Source: Mobula hypostoma (Eukaryota). From it: a DNA stretch of 64,000 nt. How positions within the stretch are numbered: position 1 is the stretch's first letter; every line of letters starts with the position of its first letter. Where the stretch lies: assembly GCF_963921235.1 (NCBI RefSeq), contig NC_086108.1:47556001-47620000 (forward strand). The letters run 5' to 3'. The notes beneath the pieces are model-generated. The model searched no databases, was not told the DNA's origin, and saw only the letters and a list, made by a program, of their open reading frames with translations. The position numbers were made by a program, and so were the translations under genes. Positions 51,101-56,737 of the stretch are shown piece after piece.

Positions 51101-54100
51101 TGTACTTATTCTAGAAATTACCTAGGGTTACCCATAGCTCTCTATTTTTCTAAGCTCCATGTGATGAGATTTGTGACAAATATGACAATATGATATATAT
51201 GTACAGTATCTGAAATACATCTTATGGAAAGTTTTGTTTGATAACGAACTTCAATAAAAAATAAATTACAAAAAAAAAAGCTGTGGAGAGGATGGGAAAG
51301 AACAGAAATGTACAGGCTGTGCTAGTGCAGAGACCAAAACATACAGTAATACAGACGGATGAAGAAAAAGAATAGCCCTTAACTCGGCAGTGGAATTATC
51401 GGGGCACCGTCATGACAGTGTTTCTGTAGCAAGCTATTCCTGTTTTTACAAGGCCGAGTTGCTAGCTCGACGCTCAACCCGACTTGGATTCGAACTTGGG
51501 AAACTTCGCTCTGGAGTCCGGCACTGATATTATTGTGCCACCAAGCGGGACACAGATGGATGACCTAGAGCAGGAATGGCCTTTCACAGTTTTGAAATCT
51601 CTTTGCATTCTTTAACTATCCTCATTAATCGATCACCCAGATAACTTCATCAACACCTCATTCCCATAGCCATCCTGGCCTCACTCTATCCAAGATATTC
51701 TGTGCTATTCACTCCCATCCCACCAATAAAACAGAGAAGCAGAATTAAGCAATTCAGCCCATCAAGTCTGCCCCACCATTCAATCATTTTCTCCCCGCAA
51801 CCTACGACACCCTTACTAATCAAGAATCTAACCACCTCCACTTTAAATATATCCAATGATTTGGCCTCCACAGCTGTCTGTGGCAATGGATTCAATAGAG
51901 TCACCAGCATCTGGTGAAAGAAATCCCTCCTCATCTCTGTTTTAAAAGTATGTCCTGTTATTCTGAGGCTGTGATCTCTAGTTCTAGACTCCCACTACTG
52001 GAAACATCTTCTCCATATCCACTCTATTTAGTAATATTCAATAGGTTTCAATGAGAATTCCCTTCATTTTTCTAAGCTCCAGCAAGTACTGGCCTAGAGT
52101 CATCAAATGTTCCTCATATGTTAATCCTTTCATTACTGGGATCATTCTTGTGAACCTCCCCTGGACCCTTGCTAGCACATCCTTTCTTAGATACGAGAAA
52201 ACTGCTCACCATACCCCAAATATGACCTGACCAATGCCTTATGAAGCCTCAAGCTGAAGAGGGAAGGGTAACAACAATGTGGATGAATCATTCAGTAACA
52301 TGTCAGCATAAGGGCAGAGCCCAGTACAACAAGAATGAGTGAGGTGAGGAGTGCAGTAGTGATAGGGATTCCATAGTTTGAGGAATAGACAGGAGTCTCT
52401 GTGAATGTGAAAGAAAGACCAGGATGATTCCCAGGATCAGTTATGTCTCAGATCAGGTCCACAGCATTCTAAAGGAGGAGGGTGAATAGCATAAGTTATA
52501 AAACCATAAGATATAGGAGCAGAATTAGGCCATGTGGCCCATTGAGTCTGCTCTGCCATTTCATCACGGCTGATCCAATTTTCCTCTCATGTACATATTG
52601 GTATCAATGACATAGGCAGGAAAAGGGATGAGATCCTGAAGAGAGAATATTGAGAGTTAGGTAGAAAGCTGAAAAGGGTAGTAATCTCTGGATTGCTGCA
52701 AGTGCCACGCACTAGTGAGGGTAAAGGTAGAATGATCTGGCAGGTGAATGTGTGGCTGAGGAATTGGTGCAGGGAGCAGGATTTCAGATTTCTGGATCAT
52801 TGTGATCTCTTCTGGAGAAGGTTTGACCTGTACAAAGAGGACGGAGCACCACGGAAGAGTAGCAGTCAGAGTGACACTATTGCTGCTCAGAGCTGGGAGT
52901 TCAATTCCGGTGTCCTCTGTAAGAAAGTTTGTATATTCTTTTCCTGAGTGCGTGGGTTTCTTCCAGGTGCACTGGTTTTCTCCCACAGTCCAAAGACTTA
53001 CTGGTTAGTAGGTTAGTTGGTCATTGTAAATTGTCCTGCGGCTAGGCTGGGGTTAAACAGGTGGATCTCTCGGCAGTGCAGGTTCATTGGGCCAGAAGGG
53101 CCTGTTCCACACAGTATTTCTGAATAAACAATAAATAATACACCAGATCTCGAGAGGCACCAATATCCTTGCTGGAGCTGTTGGGGAGAGCTTCAATTAA
53201 TTTGGCAAGGGGGTGGGAACCTGAATGATAGGGCTGAGGATGGAGCAGTTGGTATACAAGTAGATGCTGTGTGTAGTGAGACTGTGTGGAAGGACAGGCA
53301 GATGATAGGGCCAAATTGCAATCAGGATGTTGAAGGGTAACATAAGAGGCAAAACTGAAAAGTGTGATAAAAACAGGAGTGATGGTGTTATATTTGAATG
53401 CACACAGTGTACAGAATAAGGTAGATGATCTTAGAGCAAAGTTAGAAAATTGCAGGCATGACAATGTGGGCATTGCTGTGCTGTGGCTGAAAAAAGACCC
53501 TGATGGGAAGGAGGGAGGTGGGGGATGGATGGGGCGGGGGGACAGCTCAGAGATGGACCTGGGGGGGGGGGCTACACACTGAAAAATACATATCTATTAC
53601 ATACTGTACATAATATAAACACACAAACACACAGTAGATCTAGTTAAAAGGAACACATCAGGACCAATGTATTTTGGCCCAATTAAGTAACTGCCCAATT
53701 AGCCGAAGTTTCATGGAAATAGTTGAAAAGGTATAAAAAAGAAAAACTGAGCACCAAATTATGTATTTAATTGAAATACGGAACAAAGTATAACACTACC
53801 AATACTACTCCAGTACTATAAAACTGTGCATTAGTTCCTAATAGTTATTGACATAGGAATTCATCCAGTGTAGGCAATGCACAAAATCAGCACAGATACC
53901 TAGTGTAGATAACAGACTGCCTCCATACAATGAAGGCTGTTGCATCCTCCAAACTTTCATTTTCATTGTAACATTCAGGATAATTGTTCATATGTTAAAA
54001 TTCTTCATAGTTCCTAACTTGTTTTCACTCCTGGCCATTTCTGGTATCTCCAAGCCTAAATGCTTGAAATCATAGTCAGCAAAGCAGTTTTATTTGTCTT

Positions 54101-55899
54101 ACTGCTTGTTATTGCCAACCATCACCGCTTTTTGAACACAACTGCACGCAATTGATGCTATTTAAGAACCATTCCTCTAATAGTGTAGCATCTAAAGGCC
54201 ATACAAGCATGCACAACTGATGAGAGTTAGAACCTGTCAGCAAAAGTCTCCTTACCCGATTAAGTGGCATAGTGTCCCAAATAAATGAAGGGAATCCAGG
54301 CAATTTTTTCTATTAGTTTTTAGTCTGTAAAGGTTGCCTCAAATAAGTGGCAACCCCAATTAACTGATAATATCTAATCAACCAATCATATGGCAGCAAC
54401 TCAATGCACAAGTAGGCGTGGCCAAGAGTTCAGTTGTTCTTCAGACCAAACATTAGAATGGAGAAGAAATCTAAGTGACTTTGACCATGGAATGATTGTC
54501 AATGCCAGATGGGGTGGTTTGAATAATTCAGAAACTACTGATCTGGGATTTTCATGCATAATAGTCTCTAGAGTTTACAGAGAATAGGGATAGAAACAAA
54601 AAAACATCCACTCGGCAGTAGTTCTGTAGGTGAAAGCACCTTGTTAATGAGAGAGGTCAGAGGAGAATGGCCAGATTGGTTTGAGCTGACGGGAAGGCAA
54701 CAGTAACTCAAATATCCAAATGTTACAACGGTGGTGTGCAGAAGAGCATCTGTGAACACACAGCACATCAAACCTTGAAGTGTATGAGCTTTTGCAGCAG
54801 AAGACCTCTCCAAGTTCCACTCCCATGCCTAACGAAGTAGCCGCTGAGTGTGTATATACTCAGTGACCACGTCTTTAGGTATATATACGATATTGTAATT
54901 TATAGTGTATTTATGTCTTGCACTGTACTGCTACCACAAAACGACAAATTTCATTACATACAGTGCATCAGTGATAATATACCCCATTTTGAATGCCAAA
55001 AAATTAAGATTCACACCTAATGAAATCCATCAGCAAGATACCTCTACACTGACTCATCATTCACAGAGCATTGATAACGTTAAGTTGGATCAAGAGTTCA
55101 GCTCTTTCTACACTGTTTTACTGAAAATCCCCAGGATAGGAATTACAGGGACCCAAGCTCCCTCTACACTATTTTTTCAAATGATCACACAAAAATATGG
55201 GTTAAATTCAGAATAAAGCTCCCTTCACACTTCTCCAATAAACACACCTACTTGGGCAGAGACAAATCAGTGCATATTGTGTCCACTGGACAGATTGAGC
55301 CTTAATGGAATACTGAACACTGCGGCAGTTGGAGTACATTCTTCATTTACTTTAAGACACCCTAACTAGAAAAAAAATGTTTCCTCTCCTTTTCTGTTCT
55401 TCAAAAGATCTCCAACCTGAAATATTAACATAAATGCTGCCTGTCCTACTGAATGTTTCCAGCATTTTCTGTTTTAATTTCAGAATTCCAGCATCTACAT
55501 TTTATTTTGATTTTTGCATATGTTGTTTTTAAAGAACGTTGGTGTGGACACATTTTCCTGCAGGAGCCACTGAACAGCAAAGTTTAGTCGGAATTCTGGG
55601 CCTAGTCAGAATTCATGCCATCTCTGTTGACCCAGACTGGTCAGCTTCAGTCAATTTGAAATGGCTGCTGGGGTGTTAGTTGCTATTTAGCTTTTAAATA
55701 TATATTATTGGAAAAAAAAGTACAATTAAATTTCCAACATGTCTGATCACTCAAACTTATTACACACACCTCCAGTGAAGCTGGCTTCTGTATCTCCTTT
55801 GTTCAAATGTCGTGTTATGTGACTGATCATGTCTGTTCTGCGTGCAATAGTAGCGGAACAGACAATACAATGGTAGTGTGCTCCAATCCGCACTGGAAC
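3063..55899 (-). CDS. TRMT1L: TRMT1L (tRNA guanine-N2 methyltransferase 1-like), partial gene: 9 coding exons in the window, probably orthologous to human exons 5-13; both ends are outside the window
   Basis: Joined exons 55770-55899, 40960-41086, 40133-40212, 29987-30236, 26962-27174, 16449-16639, 14930-15008, 6431-6597 and 3063-3146 give a continuous frame. All junctions are GT-AG with compatible phases. The peptides match TRMT1L as I recall it ([68 protein letters not shown]). Exon numbering is inference. Confidence 0.96.
3335..3660 (-). mobile_element. Ancient Deu-domain SINE (SacSINE1/DeuSINE-like)
   Basis: ggcagccaatttgcacac..ccacaaacagtaatgtgatgatgaccagataa resembles the reverse complement of the Deu domain as recalled; a tRNA-like head lies at the right end. 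Confidence 0.7.
3880..4570 (+). mobile_element. Old CR1 LINE 3' fragment
   Basis: Degenerate homology to the 3' part of the CR1 copies at 32.5 and 43.8 kb; ends cctatttcttgtgctcttgt. Confidence 0.7.
4780..5033 (+). mobile_element. Penelope-like element terminal fragment with a variant hammerhead (4933-4968)
   Basis: agcc-ctgccga-agggtctcaggcc-gaaac-gtc-gact, followed by the family terminus gctgagttcctccagcattttgtgtgtgttg. Confidence 0.85.
6431..6597 (-). CDS. TRMT1L: TRMT1L exon ([38 protein letters not shown]...SHSSQ)
   Basis: 167 bp; acceptor ctttaag, donor gtcggt. Confidence 0.94.
7852..8243 (+). repeat. ERV 5' LTR
   Basis: Direct repeat of 11788-12121; 13 mismatches in a 96-nt block compared by eye; right boundary approximate. 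Confidence 0.85.
8244..8261 (+). promoter_or_regulatory. Primer-binding site, tRNA-Gln type
   Basis: cagaggtcccactgagat versus the complement of the tRNA-Gln 3' end, TGGAGGTCCCACCGAGAT (15/18); directly after the 5' LTR. Confidence 0.75.
8833..11183 (+). mobile_element. CR1 LINE ORF2 (APE endonuclease and RT), degenerate with an internal deletion, inserted in the ERV
   Basis: [58 protein letters not shown]; stops and frameshifts; 3' UTR missing. Confidence 0.92.
11186..11600 (+). pseudogene. env: Retroviral env transmembrane subunit remnant (gamma/epsilon-type)
   Basis: [11 protein letters not shown]...[28 protein letters not shown], then a frameshift, then [19 protein letters not shown]: the ISD motif plus a CX6CC remnant. 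Confidence 0.85.
11788..12121 (+). repeat. ERV 3' LTR, preceded by a polypurine tract (11775-11787)
   Basis: aaaaaggagggaa then TGTG...TAACA; direct repeat of the 5' LTR. Confidence 0.85.
12619..12782 (-). mobile_element. Young ~160-bp Penelope-like terminal insertion with a TSD
   Basis: 5 differences from 42992-43152 over about 160 nt; flanked by the direct repeat aaatacagaaaa (12610-12621 and 12783-12794). Confidence 0.9.
12717..12752 (-). ncRNA. Minimal type I hammerhead ribozyme (PLE-associated)
   Basis: Minus strand reads AGUC-CUGACGA-AGG(gucucgg)CCU-GAAAC-GUC^GACU: intact core CUGANGA/GAAA, stem I AGUC/GACU, stem II AGG/CCU, loopless palindromic stem III (ACGU), GUC cleavage triplet. 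Confidence 0.88.
13490..13795 (+). mobile_element. Ancient Deu-domain SINE
   Basis: gtattgagggagcgctgca..ttaaactgaggcccc..gatcattatcatattgaggtttgtg resembles the recalled SacSINE1/Deu body. Confidence 0.65.
13960..14510 (+). mobile_element. Rex1/Babar-like LINE 3' fragment
   Basis: [18 protein letters not shown]...RFKNSYF; tail tgacaataaac. Confidence 0.75.
14930..15008 (-). CDS. TRMT1L: TRMT1L exon ([27 protein letters not shown])
   Basis: 79 bp; acceptor ttatttcag, donor gtaggt. Confidence 0.95.
15489..16266. mobile_element. Non-autonomous hAT element (Charlie/Buster-type TIRs) with an internal second hAT module (15619-16129)
   Basis: TIRs cagtggtccccaacc / ggttggggacccctg; perfect 8-bp TSD tactataa (15481-15488, 16267-16274). 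Confidence 0.92.
16449..16639 (-). CDS. TRMT1L: TRMT1L exon ([31 protein letters not shown]...[18 protein letters not shown])
   Basis: 191 bp; acceptor tttccctgcag, donor gtaaac. Confidence 0.96.
17138..17343. mobile_element. Fold-back (inverted) pair of Penelope-like termini
   Basis: Left arm 17175-17247 and right arm 17266-17343 are imperfect reverse complements of the same PLE terminus. Confidence 0.8.
18270..18632 (+). mobile_element. CR1 3' fragment
   Basis: [10 protein letters not shown]...FFTQ frame and CR1 3' UTR gggctgaaggacctgtactgttctat. Confidence 0.8.
18700..19320 (-). mobile_element. Probable RTE-clade LINE 5' UTR fragment
   Basis: Minus-strand aaatctggagtgaatcccctaaggtggctggatgtcattgaacatccttccggcag resembles recalled RTE 5' leaders; not verified. 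Confidence 0.45.
19775..21125 (-). mobile_element. RTE-clade LINE, 5'-truncated and degenerate
   Basis: [53 protein letters not shown]; short (taac)n tail. Confidence 0.9.
22171..22990 (-). mobile_element. Non-autonomous retroposon-like repeat with a (tctgaa)n tail and internal degenerate gacctcc repeats
   Basis: ttcagattcagattc tail and recurrent gacctccag/gacct motifs; family not identified. Confidence 0.4.
23045..23442 (+). mobile_element. CR1 3' fragment
   Basis: [14 protein letters not shown] / GDLIEV-like frame and 3' tail tatgttctgttatg. Confidence 0.75.
24058..24717. mobile_element. hAT MITE (TIR tagggttgccaac) inserted in the transposase C-terminus
   Basis: TIRs tagggttgccaac / gttggcaacccta; TSD gtgaggtg / gtgaagtg (7/8); homologous to 15619-16129. 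Confidence 0.88.
24437..24687 (-). mobile_element. Rex1-like LINE 3' end inserted in the MITE
   Basis: [27 protein letters not shown], (gactat)n tail, tat duplication; absent from the 16-kb MITE copy. Confidence 0.82.
26962..27174 (-). CDS. TRMT1L: TRMT1L exon ([23 protein letters not shown]...[13 protein letters not shown])
   Basis: 213 bp; acceptor gggatag, donor gtaatg; contains the Trm1-family DPFG motif. Confidence 0.96.
27700..27865 (-). pseudogene. hAT transposase C-terminal dimerisation-domain fragment
   Basis: [21 protein letters not shown]...KYNPDV...QQHKSH*. Confidence 0.75.
29987..30236 (-). CDS. TRMT1L: TRMT1L exon ([20 protein letters not shown]...[14 protein letters not shown])
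   Basis: 250 bp; acceptor tttttgcag, donor gtgagt; overlaps ORF 29983..30261. Confidence 0.96.
30388..35470 (-). mobile_element. Old near-full-length CR1 LINE (ORF1 remnant, EN, RT, 3' UTR), interrupted by a younger CR1
   Basis: [28 protein letters not shown] remnants at 34.05-34.75 kb; many stops. Confidence 0.85.
32476..34051 (-). mobile_element. Younger 5'-truncated CR1 nested in the old CR1
   Basis: ORFs 33522..34037 and 32690..33499 ([18 protein letters not shown]); (cttatggt)n-type tail; cattat duplicated at 32470-32475 and 34058-34063. Confidence 0.92.
35552..36732 (+). mobile_element. CR1 fragment whose middle is replaced by an inverted DNA-element segment (36140-36430)
   Basis: ORF 35567..36067 is CR1 RT; CR1 resumes at about 36447 ([12 protein letters not shown]). 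Confidence 0.85.
36843..37131 (+). mobile_element. tRNA-derived V-SINE (HE1-like)
   Basis: Box A/B-like head (tagcatagtg, gagttcaattcc), V-domain-like tttcctctcgcagtccaaaga, CR1-like tail gggctggaagggcctg. Confidence 0.75.
37135..37478 (-). mobile_element. Penelope-like terminal fragment with a decayed hammerhead (37197-37232)
   Basis: Minus strand agtc-ctaccaa-agggtcttgaccc-aatac-atc-gact. Confidence 0.8.
38394..39246. mobile_element. Tigger/pogo-like MITE inserted in a Deu-SINE (SINE halves at ~38300-38391 and 39248-39410)
   Basis: TIRs cagtggatttcagctaattggg / cccaattaactggaatccactg, followed by TA; related copies at 53631-54368 and 36140-36430. Confidence 0.82.
40133..40212 (-). CDS. 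TRMT1L: TRMT1L exon ([30 protein letters not shown]-binding motif I region)
   Basis: 80 bp; acceptor tattatag, donor gtttgt; phase 2 to 1. Confidence 0.95.
40960..41086 (-). CDS. TRMT1L: TRMT1L exon ([43 protein letters not shown])
   Basis: 127 bp; acceptor ccatttcag, donor gtgatg; phase 1 to 2. Confidence 0.93.
41462..41805 (-). repeat. Retroposon tail with degenerate ~45-50 bp tandem units (aacatcaa..cccaaaa..ccctccc..cacaaaaa)
   Basis: Four imperfect units visible between 41570 and 41760; (ttcaaaga) tail at the left end. Confidence 0.5.
41880..42601 (+). mobile_element. Penelope-like fragment (GIY-YIG end, UTR, decayed hammerhead 42501-42536) with inverted 5' segments
   Basis: [22 protein letters not shown] on +; 41880-41985 carries the family terminus and GIY-YIG-proximal sequence in the opposite orientation. 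Confidence 0.85.
43090..43125 (-). ncRNA. Minimal type I hammerhead ribozyme (PLE-associated)
   Basis: 36 nt identical to 12717-12752: AGUC-CUGACGA-AGGgucucggCCU-GAAAC-GUC^GACU. Confidence 0.88.
43418..43891 (-). CDS. ORF encoding the PLE GIY-YIG endonuclease, with an N-terminus derived from the CR1 3' UTR (expression unknown)
   Basis: KCYTC, VIY..YIGET, R, H, E and N positions are present; the ATG lies inside the CR1 tail. Confidence 0.6.
   Translation of the reverse strand: MIIINGGAGSKGRMAYSCTYFLCFYVSKCYTCPYTSSLTTIQGPKQSFQVRHHFTCESTGVIYCVRCSRCGLLYIGETRRRLGDRFAEHLRSVRQRKQDLPVATHFNSTSHSHSDMSIHGLLYCKDEATLRLEEQHLIFRLGSLQPDGMNIDFSNFR
43811..46015 (-). mobile_element. Young 5'-truncated CR1 LINE with an uninterrupted RT frame, nested in the PLE
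   Basis: About 700 codons without a stop ([26 protein letters not shown]); (tttctatg)n tail at 43811-43830; 5' microhomology with the PLE. Confidence 0.95.
43907..46978 (-). CDS. Chimeric 1023-aa ORF: PLE RT fused in frame to CR1 ORF2 RT (mobile-element junction product)
   Basis: ORF track; the junction at about 46015 reads ...[20 protein letters not shown]. Confidence 0.55.
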   Translation of the reverse strand: MDVQSLYTSIPHQEGLKALRFFLDSRPNQFPSTTTLLRLAELVLTLNNFSFCSSHFLQTKGVAMGTRMGPSYACLFVGFVEQSMFRAYSGICPPLFLRYIDNCIGAASCTHAELVDFINFASNFHLALKFTWSISDTSLPFLDLSVSVSGDSLSTDVYYKPTDSHSYLDYSSSHPVSCKNAIPFSQFLRFRRICSQDEAFHSRTREMSSFFKERGFPSSTINSALKRISPISRTSALIPSSHHPTKNRVPLVLTYHPTSLRVQHIILRNFRHLQRDPTTKHIFPSPPSLHSAGIAPYTTPLSIRPPHPSPLISLLALIRVSGNFEGMSRELAKIDWQMTLKGLTVDMQWQAFKGCMDELQQLFIPVWQKNKSRKVVHPWLTREIRDSINSKEVAYKLARGSGSPEDWEKFRVQQRRTKGLIRKGKKDYERKLAENIKTDCKSFYRYVKRKRLIKTNVGPLQTETGELIMGSKDMADQLNNYFGSVFTKEDINNLPEIVRDRGSSEMEELSEIHVSREVMLGKLKGLKADKSPGPDGLHPRVLKEVAQEVVDALVIIFQNSLDSGLVPEDWRVANVTPLFKKGGREKPGNYRPVSLTSVVGKLLESVIKDVITAHLESGEMIGQSQHGFVKGKSCLTNLIEFFEDVTSRVDRGEPVDVVYLDFQKAFDKVPHRRLVCKLKAHGIGGKVLVWVENWLADRKQRVGINGTFSEWQAVTSGVPQGSVLGPQLFTIYINDLDEGIKCSISKFADDTKLGGSVSSEEDAKRMQGDLDRLGGWANSWQMQFNVDKCEVIHFGGKNRKTDYYLNGGRLGKGEVQRDLGVIIHQSLKVGMQVQQAVKKANGMLAFIARGFEYRSREVLLQLYKALVRPHLEYCVQFWSPNLRKDIFAIEGVQRRFTRLIPGMAGLSYEERLDELGLYSLEFRRLRGDLIETYKILKGLDRLDAGRLFPMLGRSRTRGHSLRIEGKPFRTEIRKNFFTQRVVNLWNSLPQQTVEASSLAMFKRKLDMALVATGVRGYGGKAGF
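47285..48268 (-). mobile_element. Rex1/Babar-like LINE 3' part, degenerate
   Basis: [63 protein letters not shown]; (caatt)n tail. Confidence 0.88.
48495..49196 (-). mobile_element. CR1 3' fragment with internal deletions
   Basis: ORF 48494..48940; [10 protein letters not shown]. Confidence 0.88.
49510..49795 (-). mobile_element. V-SINE (HE1-like)
   Basis: Reverse-complement homolog of 36843-37131 (tctttggactgtgggaagaaac). Confidence 0.72.
50006..51277 (+). mobile_element. 5'-truncated L1-clade element (ORF2 C-terminal cysteine-rich domain, 3' UTR, polyA), containing CR1 tails at 50516-51160
   Basis: [16 protein letters not shown] motif; aataaa then an A-run; TSD aagctgtagagag / aagctgtggagag (49993-50005, 51278-51290). 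Confidence 0.85.
50516..51160 (-). mobile_element. Two tandem CR1 3' ends nested in the L1 3' UTR
   Basis: ORF 50706..51047 ([20 protein letters not shown]); a second tail starts at about 51039. Confidence 0.85.
51363..51551 (-). mobile_element. Short tRNA-derived SINE
   Basis: Box A tggtggcacaat and box B gttcgaatcc on the minus strand; TSD acagacggatga / acagatggatga (51351-51362, 51552-51563). Confidence 0.78.
51728..52250 (-). mobile_element. CR1 3' fragment
   Basis: [31 protein letters not shown]. Confidence 0.82.
52330..53500 (+). mobile_element. CR1 ORF1 (SGNH esterase-like) and ORF2 start, interrupted by a CR1 tail (52496-52588) and a V-SINE (52843-53140)
   Basis: [49 protein letters not shown]2 start [15 protein letters not shown]. 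Confidence 0.82.
53631..54368. mobile_element. Tigger/pogo-like MITE (same family as 38394-39246, opposite orientation, one end truncated)
   Basis: Reverse-complement homology to 38394-39246 along its length. Confidence 0.75.
54375..54851 (+). mobile_element. Tc1-derived non-autonomous element (N-terminal HTH remnant)
   Basis: [41 protein letters not shown]-like cctaacgaagtagccgctgagtg. Confidence 0.8.
55770..55899 (-). CDS. TRMT1L: TRMT1L exon (C2H2-type zinc finger: [43 protein letters not shown])
   Basis: 130 bp; acceptor ctctttacag, donor gtgtgt; phase 0 to 1. Confidence 0.93.
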
Positions 55900-56162
55900 C
55901 TGTAAAGAGAATTATACGTTTAATCAGAAGACCTGTCATTGAGCACTGCGTCACTACTATTTGGCACGACTTTCCCACTATATCAGTTTTTAGTGATGAT
56001 TATTTGATCTTGGATATTTATACCAATGGTAAAAGACCAAGTGAAAGATCCTACCTGTAGAGCTTATTCCTGAGAGAATGTATAGGATTGGTGTGGGAGC
56101 ACCAAAGATTTTATGTTTCATTGTTCTACTAAATGGTTATTGAAGACATGTTCAGAACATCA

Positions 56163-56715
56163 TGTAACGCCCTGGGAAAGGTTTCACTACTAATGTAATG
56201 GTTTCGCTGTAGCAGCAGTGTTTGAGTTATGATCAGAGATTACGGGGGATTTGGAATGTGCGCCATCCAATGAGGGAAGTGTTGTTTCTTTCTTGTGTGT
56301 CTGAGAGGAGGTACTCGTGGTCTTTTGTTGGCGAGAGATGAAGAGAGAAGATGCGAAAGGAAAGAGCTGGTAGACTGCAGGAAGGAATGGACTTGCAGTG
56401 AGGGTCCGGGAGTCAACAACGCTTGGAGGAAATCGATGGGGAACGAATGGACGGAAAACCACGAGCACCAATGTGCACATTAGCCTGTTTCATTAAAATG
56501 GGCCCCTTTTCTTTTTGTTTTCTTTACTAACCCTATAATCAAATTAAGAATTATAAAGCTTAATTGCATCTGGTGAACTGTTTGATATTTCGTGGTACTG
56601 ATTTGTAACAGGGGAAAACATCACACAGCATCCACACAAACGAGATTTCATGTTTGGCGGGGCCAGAGACTGTCTTCTCTTAGACTAACGCCACCGGACA
56701 AACCTGAGGGTTACA
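56163..56715 (+). repeat. Gypsy 5' LTR
   Basis: Terminal inverted TGTAAC/GTTACA, immediately followed by a PBS. Confidence 0.85.
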
Positions 56716-56719
56716 ATTG

Positions 56720-56737
56720 TGGGGGCTCGACCAGGAT
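56720..56737 (+). promoter_or_regulatory. Primer-binding site, tRNA-Pro type
   Basis: tgggggctcgaccaggat versus TGGGGGCTCGTCCGGGAT (16/18). Confidence 0.85.

Noticed and set aside
51470..51551. tRNA gene
   Set aside because: Box A/B are present, but there is no convincing cloverleaf, and the sequence continues into a SINE body bounded by a TSD.
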